In this document: positions 1 to 16,720 of the stretch, one piece after another
How positions within the stretch are numbered: position 1 is the stretch's first letter
Layout: each line of letters begins with the position of its first letter
DNA from: the human T2T-CHM13v2.0 reference genome, Homo sapiens
Length of the DNA: 64,000 bases
Direction: 5' to 3' (one strand)
Assembly: GCF_009914755.1 (NCBI RefSeq)
Contig: NC_060936.1
The notes under the pieces: generated by a model
Databases searched by the model: none
What the model saw: the letters and a program-made list of their open reading frames with translations, nothing else
Told to the model about the DNA's origin: nothing
Program-made: the position numbers and the translations under genes

Positions 1-2691
<2,691 letters not shown>

Positions 2692-2754
2692 TATGATGTT
2701 AGCTGGTGATTTTGCTTGTTAGTTGATGCAGTTTCTTCCTAGTCTCGATGGTCT

Positions 2755-3770
2755 TTACATTTTGGCATGATTTTGCAGCGGCTGGTACCGGTTGTTCCTT
2801 TCCATGTTTAGCGCTTCCTTCAGGAGCTCTTTTAGGGCAGGCCTGGTGGTGACAAAATCTCTCAGCATTTGCTTGTCTGTAAAGTATTTTATTTCTCCTT
2901 CACTTATGAAGCTTAGTTTGGCTGGATATGAAATTCTGGGTTGAAAATTCTTTTCTTTAAGAATGTTGAATATTGGCCCCCACTCTCTTCTGGCTTGTGG
3001 GGTTTCTGCTGAGAGATCCACTGTTAGTCTGATGGGCTTCCCTTTGAGGGTAACCCGACCTTTCTCTCTGGCTGCCCTTAACATTTTTTCCTTCATTTCA
3101 ACTTTGGTGAATCTGACAATTGTGTGTCTTGGAGTTGCTCTTCTCGAGGAGTATCTTTGTGGCATTCTCTGTATTTCCTGAATCTGAACGTTGGCCTGCC
3201 TTGCTAGATTGGGGAAGTTCTCCTGGATAATATCCTGCAGAGTGTTTTCCACCTTGGTTCCATTCTCCCCATCACTTTCAGGTACACCAATCAGACGTAG
3301 ATTTGGTCTTTTCACATAGTCCCATATTTCTTGGAGGCTTTGCTCATTTCTTTTTATTCTTTTTTCTCTAAACTTCCCTTCTCGCTTCATTTCATTCATT
3401 TCATCTTCCATTGCTGACACCCTTTCTTCCAGTTGATCGCATCGGCTCCTGAGGCTTCTGCATTCTTCACGTAGTTCTCGAGCCTTGGTTTTCAGCTCCG
3501 TCAGCTCCTTTAAGCACTTCTCTGTATTGGTTATTCTAGTTATACATTCTTCTAAATTTTTTTCAAAGTTTTCAACTTCTTTGCCTTTGGTTTGAATGTC
3601 CTCCCATAGCTCAGAGTAATTTGATCGTCTGAAGCCTTCTTCTCTCAGCTCGTCAAAGTCATTCTCCATCCAGCTTTGTTCCGTTGCTGGTGAGGAACTG
3701 CGTTCCTTTGGAGGAGGAGAGGCACTCTGCGTTTTAGAGTTTCCAGTTTTTCTGTTCTGATTTTCCCCAT
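2755..3770 (-). pseudogene. L1 ORF1 with a 1-bp frameshift just after the ATG; open from internal Met (MENDF..., 304 aa)
   Basis: ATG at 3770 to TAA at 2755 spans 1016 nt, against 1017 in the other copy. It reads ATGGGGAAAATCAG instead of ATGGGGAAAAAACAG. Confidence 0.92.
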
Positions 3771-4671
3771 CTTTGTGGTTTTATCTACTTTTGGTCTTTG
3801 ATGATGGTGATGTACAGATGGGTTTTCGGTGTGGATGTCCTTTCTGTTTGTTTTCCTTCTAACAGACAGGATCCTCAGCTGCAGGTCTGTTGGAATACCC
3901 TGCCTTGTGAGGTGTCAGTGTGCCCCTGCTGGGGGGTGCCTCCCAGTTAGGCTGCTCGGGGGTCAGGGGTCAGGGACCCACTTGAGGAGGCAGTGTGCCC
4001 GTTCTCAGATCTCCAGCTGTGTGCTGGGAGAACCACTGCTCTCTTCAAAGCTGTCAGACAGGGACATTTAAGTCTGCAGAGGTTACTGCTGTCTTTTTGT
4101 TTGTCTGTGCCCTGCCCCCAGAGGTGGAGCCTACAGTGGCAGGCAGGCCTCCTTGAACAGTGGTGGGCTCCACCCAGTTCGAGCTTCCCGGCTGCTTTGT
4201 TTACCTAAGCAAGCCTGGGCAATGGCGGGCGCCCCTCCCCCAGACTCGCTGCTGCCTTGCAGTTTGATCTCAGACTGCTGTGCTAGCAATCAGTGAGATT
4301 CCGTGGGCGTAGGACCCTCCGAGCCAGGTGTGGGATATAGTCTGGTGGTGCGCCGTTTTTTAAGCCGGTCTGAAAAGCGCAATATTCGGGTGGGAGTGAC
4401 CTGATTTTCCAGGTGCGTCCGTCACCCCTTTATTTGACTCGGAAAGGGAACTCCCTGACCCCTTGCGCTTCCCAGGTGAGGCAATGCCTCGCCCTGCTTT
4501 GGCTCGCGCACGGTGCGCGCACCCACTGACCTGCGCCCACTGTCTGGCACTCCCTAGTGAGATGAACCCGGTACCTCAGATGGAAATGCAGAAATCACCA
4601 GTCTTCTGCGTCGCTCACGCTGGGAGCTATAGACCGGAGCTGTTCCTATTCGGCCATCTTGGCTCCTCCCC
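3771..4671 (-). promoter_or_regulatory. L1 5' UTR: internal sense promoter with YY1 site, and antisense promoter firing on the + strand
   Basis: YY1 core CAAGATGGCC appears as ggccatcttg at 4652-4661. Many CpGs are retained at 4220-4670. The ORF0 ATG is at 4222 (+) with a premature TGA at 4294. Promoter activity is inferred from family knowledge only. Confidence 0.7.
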
Positions 4672-5809
4672 TCTCAGTCCCCAATAGCCATTTTAAGTAG
4701 TTATGAAGAAACTCGCTTGTAATGAAATTGCAAAAGAAATGAAATTACAAAAGAAAACCTGGTGATATTATTGAAAAATAAAAAGGTGAATGACGATTCA
4801 GGATATAAGGATTGTATGTACTGATTTCAAATATTTGAAAGCACTTCCAAAATCTTTATGTTGAAAAAGCTTCCAAAATCTTTATGTTGTGGCTATAAAT
4901 TTATTGGTTTCACTTGAAGTAATATATCAGAAAGATTTATTTTGATGCCAAAGAGAAACTGTAAAAACGGTACTGATAAAAATCTAAAGGAAACCAGAAA
5001 GCTTAGTTTCTTTTTAAACTATTTGACTGTAAATAAAAACCAGTTCAGCAAATATCCTTTCTAACTCTCTGCTTCTCCACCCCACAATTTGTTCGGTATC
5101 TGAAGGCTTTGGATAAGCCTGTAATGTGTAATGTATTCTTCTGTAACACTATCCCTTACTTTTCTCTAATCCCTCCTGTTTAAAAAGTTAGCAAGAAATA
5201 AGCAAGCAAACAAACCTACAGCTAGCAAAGAAACTATGGAAAATGACAGATATTCACAATGGGTTTTTTGCTAGTTGCAAAAGAACTAGCAAAACTCCAC
5301 TTGGGAAGTTCAAAGAGGGTCTATTGACCATAATTTTTTTTTAACATTAAGTGAAGTTTAAACTATAATATCCTTTTTCAAGGGCCTCATTTCTAAAACA
5401 CTTGGCAATTACAAATCTGAACAAGGTATATACTCTTTAGTTGCCAATGAGCAAAAGTAGTAAATCTATTATCTAGGTGGAATGGATCATTCTATAAAAG
5501 TTAGAAGTGAAGCCCTTACATTCTTACATTTAAGGTATGGAAAAAGGAAACCTCATTTTACAGAGGTGCGGAAGGGAACTATAAACATGAAAATCAGTTT
5601 TTAAGTTTTTGCAAATAGTTTAAATTCAGAACTAAAGCCTTCCCTTTATTTTTGGACAGTTATTTTGCTGCTGCTTCTGGAAATATAGGGTCATCAATGT
5701 CCTCTAATGCTGAGCCAGCAATCCTAATTGAATACAGACATTAATCAACAAGAATCTATAAAGATACTGTGAACCTAGTAATATATGGAGATTTGTGCTT
5801 CTCTAAATC

Positions 5810-5955
5810 TGATGTGCACACTAACCACCCAGGAAGAGAGTTAAAATGTGGATTCTAATTTGGTAGGTCTGGGTGGGTTCTAAGATCTTGGAGTTCTAAC
5901 AAACTCCCACCTAATGCAATGCAACTGCTGTAAGGACTAGTCTTTGACAAACACA
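5810..5955. mobile_element. MER5-like hAT-Charlie fragment
   Basis: gattctaatttggtaggtctgggtgggttctaagatc...ttctaacaaactccc matches the remembered MER5 core. Confidence 0.6.
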
Positions 5956-8734
5956 ATTCCAGGGTTACAAAAGGCAAAGTGGCATGCCTTTATAAAAGTG
6001 AAATCAATAATTGACTGAGGCAAACCATATGGCTCTTGCCAGATAGAGATGGAGCAGCTACAGATGAGCTCTAGCTGGCTACTGGTGTTGGGGCCCAGTG
6101 CCGCCTGAGGATGAAATGATAACTAGTTAAAAGTATCTAGTTCAGTGGCTGATTACCACATAGGTGCTTGATCATTTTTTCCCCTTTTTTCTATAAAATA
6201 ATTACCAAAGGAAACTTAGCATTTTATACGGAGAAAATCAAATGTTGATCAAGAGAGTGGGGCAATGGGTATAATGCAGTATGAAGCAGACATTGTATCT
6301 GAAATGTGTTTCTTTTGGAACAAGACTAACCTTATTTAACCAAAAAAGCTTGAAAGAGAAACTTTCTATAAGAGAAGTAACAGGAAAGTCTACAGAGGGG
6401 TGGTGGGGAGGAGCTAGAACTGGACTATGAAGCTAAGGAAAAGAGACGAGAAAGGAAGGTTGATGGAGCAACGTAACGTGCCTGTATGGGGAGAAAGTCC
6501 TTGAGAAATTGCTAGAGATGGGAATGCCCAAAAGACTTCAGAGACAATAAACTTTCAGTTCTAAGTTATTTGCTGGGTTATAGACCAAGTAACAAATTCT
6601 CTCTATTGCCCCAAGGCAATGTGGGCTGGACACATACAGTCTTGTGTAGAAAGTAGTTTGGTGCTGGAGGATTTGAGGTGGTGCCAGCCTGATGGTGATG
6701 TGCTGCTGGGAAAGAACAGCATGCACAGAAGGCAACACAAGGATAGACCATGGGGAATTCACCAGGAGGTCATTAGTGACCAGGGAAGCTTAACCCCTAA
6801 ACAATCAACATTCCTCAGAGTTATTAGGAGAGACAATAGGTTTCCCATTGTGGGGGCAGGTTACAAGCCAATTTTTTGTTAGCCTTTTAAAAGGATAAGG
6901 TAACTTTAGCAAGCTGGAGTCCTTGGGAACATTTAGGGAGTTGATAATTTACATAAAATAAGGTGCTAATTGAGGCAGTGATTGCACAAATAAACACAGA
7001 AGGGAGAGATATACGTCCAGAAATCAACCAGAAAACTTAGCAAACATTAGAGTTTACTTTAGATTTCAAACTATGGGAAAGTAAGAGTCATTGTGGGATC
7101 TTGAACAGTAATGTGAACTAAATGGTGCAGCATTTTGGCAAAACCAGCAGGACAAGTTTAGAAGAACATATCAGTCAATCTTATGAACACATTTTTTCAA
7201 AAGTCTTAAGACTGGAATATCCATCAAGTTTTTACCTGAAAATGTTATAGCATAGGCTTAGCATAATAATTCAAGCCAACTTTTCAATTTAGGTTGATAC
7301 TCTTAAAGGATGTCCTTCTTACTTCCTGAGACAGCTCCTTGCACATGTCAATTTCCCTATAGCATATTTTCATAGCGGAGATGGAACAATGTGTAATTTA
7401 TTAATTAGGGATCATGAGTTGCATTGTATAGATTGATATTGGCTTAACACTGAATTTTTAGGGGAAAAAAACTTGTCACGAATATTTTATGCTTTGTTCA
7501 TTCAGATAGTAGATGATAAAGGAGAGAAGAATTTTAAGAAGTCTATGCTGATAACAAAGGCAGACATTTACTCTGAAGCCAAAGCTAGATGTCATCACTG
7601 TATTTGATCAATCAATGATTTTTAGGTTTTATATCTATACATGTGAGCTAGAAATGCTATGATCCATATTTTCTTTGGTAAACCTTTTTTCAAGCAAGTC
7701 ATAAAAAGCAAGATTGAAAAGGTTGAGGTTTCTTAGAAAAATAACCGCTATTTTATAGTGGAACAAATTCTATCTTCATCTCTCACTATCCTACATGCTG
7801 CTGGATTCCAAAGGAGAAGCTGGGATTACTCTTTCTCTTCTATAACTTATGGGAGCATGTTCAAACACTTGGCCCCAGAATACAAAGCTCACAATCTACT
7901 TTTCTGGACTCATCTCCTTGTTCCTTCTTTTATTCCATATTCTAAACGTACCAACATAAATGACCATTCCTTAAAGCTGCCCAGTGTGTTCCATGTATTT
8001 GCTGCATGTCCTGATCAGCCTTCCTTTTCTCCATTAGCCTGAAACATCTAGCCTGTCTCTTAAAATCAGCTCCTTGGCACCTATCTGCAATTATTGTTCT
8101 TCAAAGAACCCTCAGGATTTTGTATTTGGTTTTGTTGTAGTACTTCTATGATTCTTTAAATATTTGATTACAAGTATCTTTCCCACTGGTCTATGACTTC
8201 TTTAAAGGTATGAACAATGTATTATTCTTACACATTATTTTCATGCTTAGTGTATAATAGATGCTCAAAAAATATCTGATGATTACAATGCATAACAGGG
8301 AAAAATAAGCTTGAAAGGTAAAAACTAAACAAAACTACAAGCCCTTCACAGTATATCTCCAGCTAATCCCACTGGATTTTAGTGACTAAACGAAGAGGGA
8401 AAGATGTTGAGGGGTCCTACAAAGGTGGTGCGAGGAATTAAGAGTTAATTTATAATCTGTAGAACCAATTGTTGCTTCAGAGAAGTATTCAAACAGATTC
8501 TCCTTGTTTCAATTAAATTCACAATATACCCACCCAAAACATAAAAGGCCATAGTCTCTTCCTTTGTTCTGATTCTTTGAAACATCAGGATTCAATGGGT
8601 CCACCAACTGAATTTGGGGTGGACTTGGAATATATTTTATTGTCAGTGATTGGGGCAGACATTCCCGTTCCCAATGCATTTAGAAAGGCAAGATCAAGTT
8701 GAAAAGTAGTAATTGGTTGGCAATTTACAAATAA

Positions 8735-9075
8735 TAATGGGTTTAAAATGGCACACAATCCTTTGACAGGCCTTCTACAGAGAGGTGAGTTCTATATTCC
8801 CTCCCTTTGAATCCAGGCTCTGTAACTGCTTGACAAATAGAACATGTCTGAGGGATGCTGTTGGTTTCTGCATCCATACCCTAAGAAATAGGCAGCTCCC
8901 ACTTCCTGTTTCTTAGGCCACCCACCCTTGGAACTTAGGGACCAGGTGTGAGGAAGCCCCAGCTGCCTTAAGGAGAGGACGTTGTGGACAGGAATGTGCT
9001 GTCAGGACCGCTTTGCCAACCATGTGAATGGGGAGTCGTGGAAGTGGATTCCTTCCCCACCCCAACCTATCCAGG
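8735..9075 (+). mobile_element. Partial MaLR LTR (MLT1G/H-like)
   Basis: aaaatggcacacaatcctttgaca...ccctccctttgaatcc...gcagctcccacttcctgtttctt...gccaaccatgtgaatgggagtcgtggaagtggatt. Confidence 0.65.
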
Positions 9076-9694
9076 AGGCTCCTTGTTTTCTGCATAGTAG
9101 GAGGCATAAGACATAAACTTGAAAACCATTTCTTGTGGTAGTTATGCTCCTGTGACTACGTTCCTCCTTCTGTCTGAACTCTATTCATTGACTAATATAA
9201 AACACAATGTGCTATGCAGATAGAAGGTAGAGAAGAGTTTTATTACTGACCTTTGCAATCTGTTGATATTAAGGTAAAATTTGGTCACTTCGTAATCATA
9301 TTGACTTCTTATTTAGAGAAACTTTCCCCTCATTTTCCGGACCATAATCCCGATACATACATAACTTATTTAGGACAGAATAATACTATTCTCAAACAAT
9401 TCCAAAAGTTTTACATTTTTTCATATTGCTGTAAAATTTAAATAACAGGCTGATAATCTTATGGCATTGAATATACTGAAACTATCGTTGGCCTACGAAA
9501 AGTAAAAGTTTAGGAAAGCAAAACCTCAAAAATAAAACAAAATTTCTACTTGTCTCTGGTTTGTCTCCATAATGTATTCCAAAGAATATGATTATGAATA
9601 AATTTATATAGATATATTTTAAGTCAGTACTCTCATAAGCATAATTAAGTGGTAACCATCTATATTGTCTAAGCACAAAGTCACATTATTTTTT

Positions 9695-9998
9695 TCCCCC
9701 AGCTTTATTAACATAGGATTGAAAAATAAAAATAGTAAATATTTACAGTGTACAACATGGTATTTTGAGGTATGTATACATTGTGAAATGATTAATTATA
9801 TATTGTGAAATGATTAATTCAATCAAAATAACATTTATGCTCACATACTTAACATTTGTTTCGTGGCAAAAACATATAAGATCTACTCTTTTAGCAACTT
9901 TCAAGTATACAATACATCATTATTAACTGTCACTGGGGTGTAAAATAGATTTCCAGAACTTGTTCATCCTGTTTAACTGAAGCTTTGTACCCTTTGAG
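9695..9998 (-). mobile_element. L1MA-type 3'-end fragment
   Basis: ccagctttattaacatagg...tatacattgtgaaatgatta...aagatctactcttttagcaactttcaagtatacaatac...aactgaagctttgtacccttt. Confidence 0.85.
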
Positions 9999-10264
9999 CA
10001 ACAATTGCTGCAAAGTTGTATTGTTATTACGAATGTAAAACTTAGATTGGTTAAGTGCTAATGTCCCCTCTACTTAGACACTGGAGGAAGGGCCAAGAAT
10101 AGCAAAAGTTTGCCCTCTAAAAGAACTCTAGCCCTGATACTTATCTGAGAATTTGGATTTCTCTTCAAAGCTCATTGGTAATTAATCAAAAACATTATCA
10201 TAGGACCAGTGCTTACCATTTCATATTTTCTTTTACTATTTCCTGCCAAAATCATAAAGTGTGT

Positions 10265-10266
<2 letters not shown>

Positions 10267-10308
<42 letters not shown>
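10267..10308 (+). repeat. (GT)21 microsatellite
   Basis: Perfect dinucleotide run, preceded by GTGTGTAC. Confidence 0.97.
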
Positions 10309-10310
<2 letters not shown>

Positions 10311-11421
10311 GCAGGATAGTTTAAAATGCTTATCTATTTGGGGGTATAAAGCAGTAGGTAAAGTTTTGGATTTATTTTTCATTGTATTCATCTAGTTCAT
10401 CCATCTGTAGATGAATTTGTTTCCCTAAAATGAATATTATTAATGCTACTCATTCAAATGTTAATGAAGTAACACTCACAATTCCTGCAAGATATTTATA
10501 AACAGAGTGCTGTTGCTAACTTGCAGAGGGCGATGATGAAGTGGCAAATTTCTGACACCATAAGATAAAGCCCATTGCTATCTAAGGCTGTTGAAACCTA
10601 AAAATCAATCTTTTAGCTTTTATTCATAGAAACTTAGGAAAATAAAATGCTGCAAAAACACATTCTTTCTTTATAATGCCTGAATAGTCCTGCATGAACA
10701 TCAACATTTAGGCAGTTAATTATTTATACCATCAGAGATGAGTCTATCTTCCCTCACCTATGCCTTACTAGACAGTTCCTGAGCAGCAAGATAGTGGAGG
10801 CATTGTGCTGGAATGCCCTGTGGTGATGTAACTGACAAGGAATCTACCACAAATCCCAGTGCTGAGCATTCATTTCTCTCTTTCTTGCAAGGGCAAAGGT
10901 TATATACTTTCTAAGAGCACACTTCACAAAATAAATACTTAAATATACCACATTTTTGGCTACTCATGGAGGAAATAATTGTGTAGAAGAGCTCCAAGGA
11001 GATGCTTTATTGATGAAGATCAATGAATCAGAGATATGTAGATGAAATTTTCCTGAGATAACACCATCTTCAAAAATAAGGAAAACCCTTTGAGCTGAAA
11101 CATGTTTTGGATCCAGGAAACCTCTGTTCATAGGAGGGAAATAATTGAAAACACCTGAACCTTACATACCACTTGTTTCACGTGTTCCTATTACAAATCT
11201 TTGAGGAAAAGAGGTTGGGAGGGAAGTCTGTTAGGGGTGAGATGGCTTATTGGCCATAGTCACCAGAGCCCTTTTGGTTGTATGTTTATACTCCCAATGT
11301 GAACATGATAATCATCACAAATGGAGACAGCTGGAAGAAATTTTAAACCATGAAATAAGTTAACTTTTATTGTACACTCTTAAATTTCCTGCTAGTCTCC
11401 TCAAAACATTATGACTGCACA

Positions 11422-11435
11422 GTTTCCATAGTAAC
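11422..11435. promoter_or_regulatory. Candidate RFX X-box
   Basis: GTTTCCATAGTAAC fits GTYNCC-AT-RGNAAC with no mismatch and lies in non-repetitive sequence. Confidence 0.5.
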
Positions 11436-11739
11436 CATGAACAAAACGGAACAGTCTACACGATTTGGCCAACACCTGATTCAAAGATAACACTTAATGG
11501 TGCAAAGTGGCAAAAAATGTTATTGACAGTTTTCTGAAAATGTACAAGTCTGCTCCGGAGTGTCCAAAAATGAGGAAATAATGTCAACGGTGTGGCCCAG
11601 CAACTAGAAAATATTTATGTTGCAGTATAACCAGAAAGTATACGTAAAGTTGTTTTGTTGAGCAATGGATATCTTCTCAGAGGCTTGAGACTAGAATATG
11701 ATTTTCTTCCATCTTGGAAATACTAGCTATATTTTATTA

Positions 11740-12200
11740 GAAGTACTTTGTAAACCATTTTAACCATTTTAGTGTACAATTCAGTGGCATTAAGTACATT
11801 CACAATGTTGTGCAACCATCATCTCTATCCATTTCCTGAATATTTCTCATCATCCCCAACAGAGACTCTATACCCATTAAATAATAGCTTTCCATTCTCC
11901 CCTTTCCAGCACAGCCCCTAGTAAACTCTGTTATACTTTCCATCTCTATACATTTTTTATTCAGATAAGTGAAATTACATAATATTTATCCTTTTGTGTA
12001 TGGCTTATCTCATTTAACATAATGTTTCAAAGTTTATCCACGTTGTAGCATGTATTAGAACTTCATTTTTTTAATAACTGAATAACATTTCATTGTATTA
12101 TACACCAGATTTTAAAAAACCCATTCATCTGTCGATGAACACGTGTTGTTTCTATTTTTGGGCTTTTGTGAATAATAGTCTATGAACACTAGTACAAAAG
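11740..12200 (-). mobile_element. Old L1M (L1MB-like) 3' fragment, host of the LTR and Alu
   Basis: Typical L1M 3' text: gtgtacaattcagtggcattaagtacattcacaatgttgtgcaaccatc...tatccacgttgtagcatgtattagaacttca. It resumes briefly after the Alu. Confidence 0.8.
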
Positions 12201-12863
<663 letters not shown>

Positions 12864-14055
12864 TTAAAAATATATTTTTAGCTCTTGGTGCTTGGGTGTA
12901 ATAAACCAACAAAACTCAATGAATTTCTCTTCATGGTCACCACTGATAAAATTTTTGGGTTATTTTACTTTTAATCTTTTAAAAGAAGATATTGGGGAAA
13001 AATTCTCACTTCTCTCCTTCCCCTCAAACTCCAAGAAAGTATGCACCATATCTTCCTGTATATGCTATATAAATATACATGAATCAATTTAAATAGAGCT
13101 ACAAGGAATAGGCAGGATATTGTCACAGAATCTGAAGCAATCATACTTTCTCACTACAAATAGGGTCAACATTAATAATTGGCATATTTCATTTTTTTAA
13201 ACTTTTAGACTGTTGATAGGTATAGAATAAGATAGCTGTAGAATAAGGACTGAGGATGGCATTTTTAAAAGGTAGCTCCATTACATTATTTAATTAAAAT
13301 ATTTTTGTTCCTTTGTCATTTCCTGTTCTGTCCATGGGATTTTGCACATAGTAAGTATCACAAGCTGAAAGGTGAGACTTTTTTGGCAAATTTTAGATAA
13401 GTGTAGGCAGGTTTAAAAACTCCCAGCTGGTTACTCCGTAGAAATTTAACTCATTCTTTCATTAGGAAGCTGAATTAACCCCATACTTCAAGGAGACAGA
13501 TTCCAACTGTAGAGAATCAGACAGACTCCAAGATTCATAATTCCTGACACATATGCTTTTGGAAAATGCATCTGTAGAAACTGTGGAAGTTGTAGACTTG
13601 ATAGTTGGGTTGGATATAAAAGACTGAAGTCACAAGGGCACTTCATGTGAACAAAATAAAGACTGTGCTGGTTTTGCTTTTGACCAATGTTTTTTTCTCA
13701 ACTGCTTAGAAAACAAATACTTTAACTTGTCCACTAACTCTAGCTTTTTCTTTCAGAAATGGTGACAGTAAAGTCCTAAGGAATTATTTTTTTTATCTAA
13801 AAGAAACTATTTTCTTGCTTGCTTGCTGCTGGCTTCCTCTCCTGTGTGATGAAGGTTGGTTGCAACATGCTAGGCATCTTCATTTTCTCTAGACTTGGAT
13901 ATTATTGTCCTGAGCAAAAAAATTAATGGCAATGCCTGGTGAAATGTAATTCTGACCGGAATGCTTCAGTTGTTATAGCAATATGAAGTAAAGGTGTTCA
14001 GAGTCTTTCCATTCATATTAACCTTAAATTAAGACCCAGAATCATCAGGTCTTGA

Positions 14056-14379
<324 letters not shown>

Positions 14380-15892
14380 ATGGGAGGAAATTATGAGAAC
14401 TCAACTTTTGCCAAGGTGAAAGGATTATTCATTTTTTTTTCCCTGTGAACTCAACTCTGTAATGTGCACTTGTTTAGTTTACAGTTTAATGGTGATTTAT
14501 GATGTTCAGGGCTCTTTTATGCCTAAGCAGCTTAGCTATTATATTTCATTATCTGGGTATGGATACTGTTTACTTCTGGTTTTGAATATGGGGATCAAAA
14601 TTGTTTGGAGGCAGCCAGTTTACTGACCCATTTTTAAATGTTCACACCCTTCATTTTCTTCTTGCTGGTACTTGAGTAGTGCCTAATTATCTTTTCCTTT
14701 AAATATTTTAGGTGTGCCCCAGACTTGAAAGAAACCAGGTAACATACTTAAAGTGTGATAGAAAAAAAAAAAAACAAAAACAAGCTTTGTTTTCCTGTGT
14801 GCAGCAGGCTTGAATTTTCTGTAGAAGTCTTAGTAGGAGGCATTACAGCCTGAGATGTTTGTGTTCTATGCCTCCTCTATGAAAGCGGAACCCGCTACGT
14901 TTGCTCAGGCATTTGATTTTCTTTAAGTTGTGGAATGTCTTTGGCCAGCATGGCAGGGAGCCTAGATTGCAGGTCTTTTTACTCTTCCATACAACTGGAC
15001 CATGACACCATAAAGGTAAAGCTGGGAAAACAAGAACAGGGTAACTAACAAGAAGTGCACAGTGTACTTCTTTGAAAGAAGGAGGTTGTGGGAAAAAAAA
15101 ATTCATGAAATTTCAACTGACTGAAAAATTTTGGAAATTGATAGATCAGCTTGGGGCTGAGAGGAGAAACATATTATCAGTGCAGAGATTGAAGGAATAT
15201 GCCACAAAGTAGAGATAGAAAACACTGATATCAGAAAATGTAACTATTAGACTTTCAAAACTCCTTTAGGGCAGGTTTCACATTAAAGAGCATTAAATAT
15301 TAGTCCCTCTCTCTGGGGGTTAAATACCAACTCCCCATTGACAAAAAGTGGCCCCAGGAGAAACTGTTATAAAAACTTCTTGTCAGGTCCCAAGGAACAC
15401 TCCTTGGAGGGCTAGAAGAATATCCCATGTTTGGACTGTCCAGTTTAGACCACTGAGGACAGTAAGAGATATGTGAACATAGCTCAGTTCATGAAAAGAC
15501 TCCATCACCAGCACTTTTATTAGGAATGCCTCCTATGTGTAAGAGCGTTTACTGGTTGTGAGTTTATATGCTGTGTTTGCAATGTTGGTGCTTTCTATGG
15601 GTCCTAAGCAATTGCATACTCTTGAGGACAGTTCTGGTGATCTGTAACAAGACCCATTTGTTCCCCTGCTCTTTCTTCCATTTTTATACTTTTTTTGAGA
15701 ATCCTCAGTATTTCCTAGCAAGTCTAAACGTTCACACGACAGGTGGCAGCCACACAGGAAAATTACCTGGCCTTTCCAGAATTCTCTTAACTTGCGAAAA
15801 GTTCTGTTTCTGTGGCATTCTTTGGCATCGCCCACAGACACTGTTCATTAGTCACACAACAGAATGCCCACACATTCTTTGTAAGGTACTGA

Positions 15893-16315
<423 letters not shown>

Positions 16316-16544
16316 ATGAGATCGAACTTTCATTGCTTGTTTGTCTCTGTAATTGGCATTCTGTTAAATTAGCAATTTTAGAAGTAGAACCTAAATCTTT
16401 CTTGCAGTTTGGAACAGTGGTAGCCCACTCCTCCTTTTGTGAATGAAAATGTTTCTTCTGGTCCTGCTTCTAAATGTGTGGTGTTTCTTTCTTTCAGACA
16501 AATTTGAGTGGGGAAAAAAGACAAAGACAATCTTAAAGGTTAAT

Positions 16545-16720
16545 TAGCAGAGTGGTGTGGAAGAGCAATGGCATCATGTTGAGATTCTAGTCTTAACTTT
16601 GCTACTTACTATCTAAGTGACTTTGGGCAAGTCACTTAATCTCTCTGATCTGAAGGTTCTTTAGCTATAAACTGGAGATAGTATCAGCCCTGCCTACCTC
16701 AAAGGCTCAAGTGACATAAT
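16545..16720 (+). mobile_element. MIR
   Basis: MIR core: ctttgctacttactatctaagtgactttgggcaagtcacttaatctctctg...ctataaactggagatagta. Confidence 0.75.

Noticed and set aside
6619-6882. Exon-like, GC-richer 87-aa ORF on the + strand with an upstream AG
   Set aside because: No recognisable protein and no convincing donor. It may be an old LTR relic and cannot be supported as an exon.
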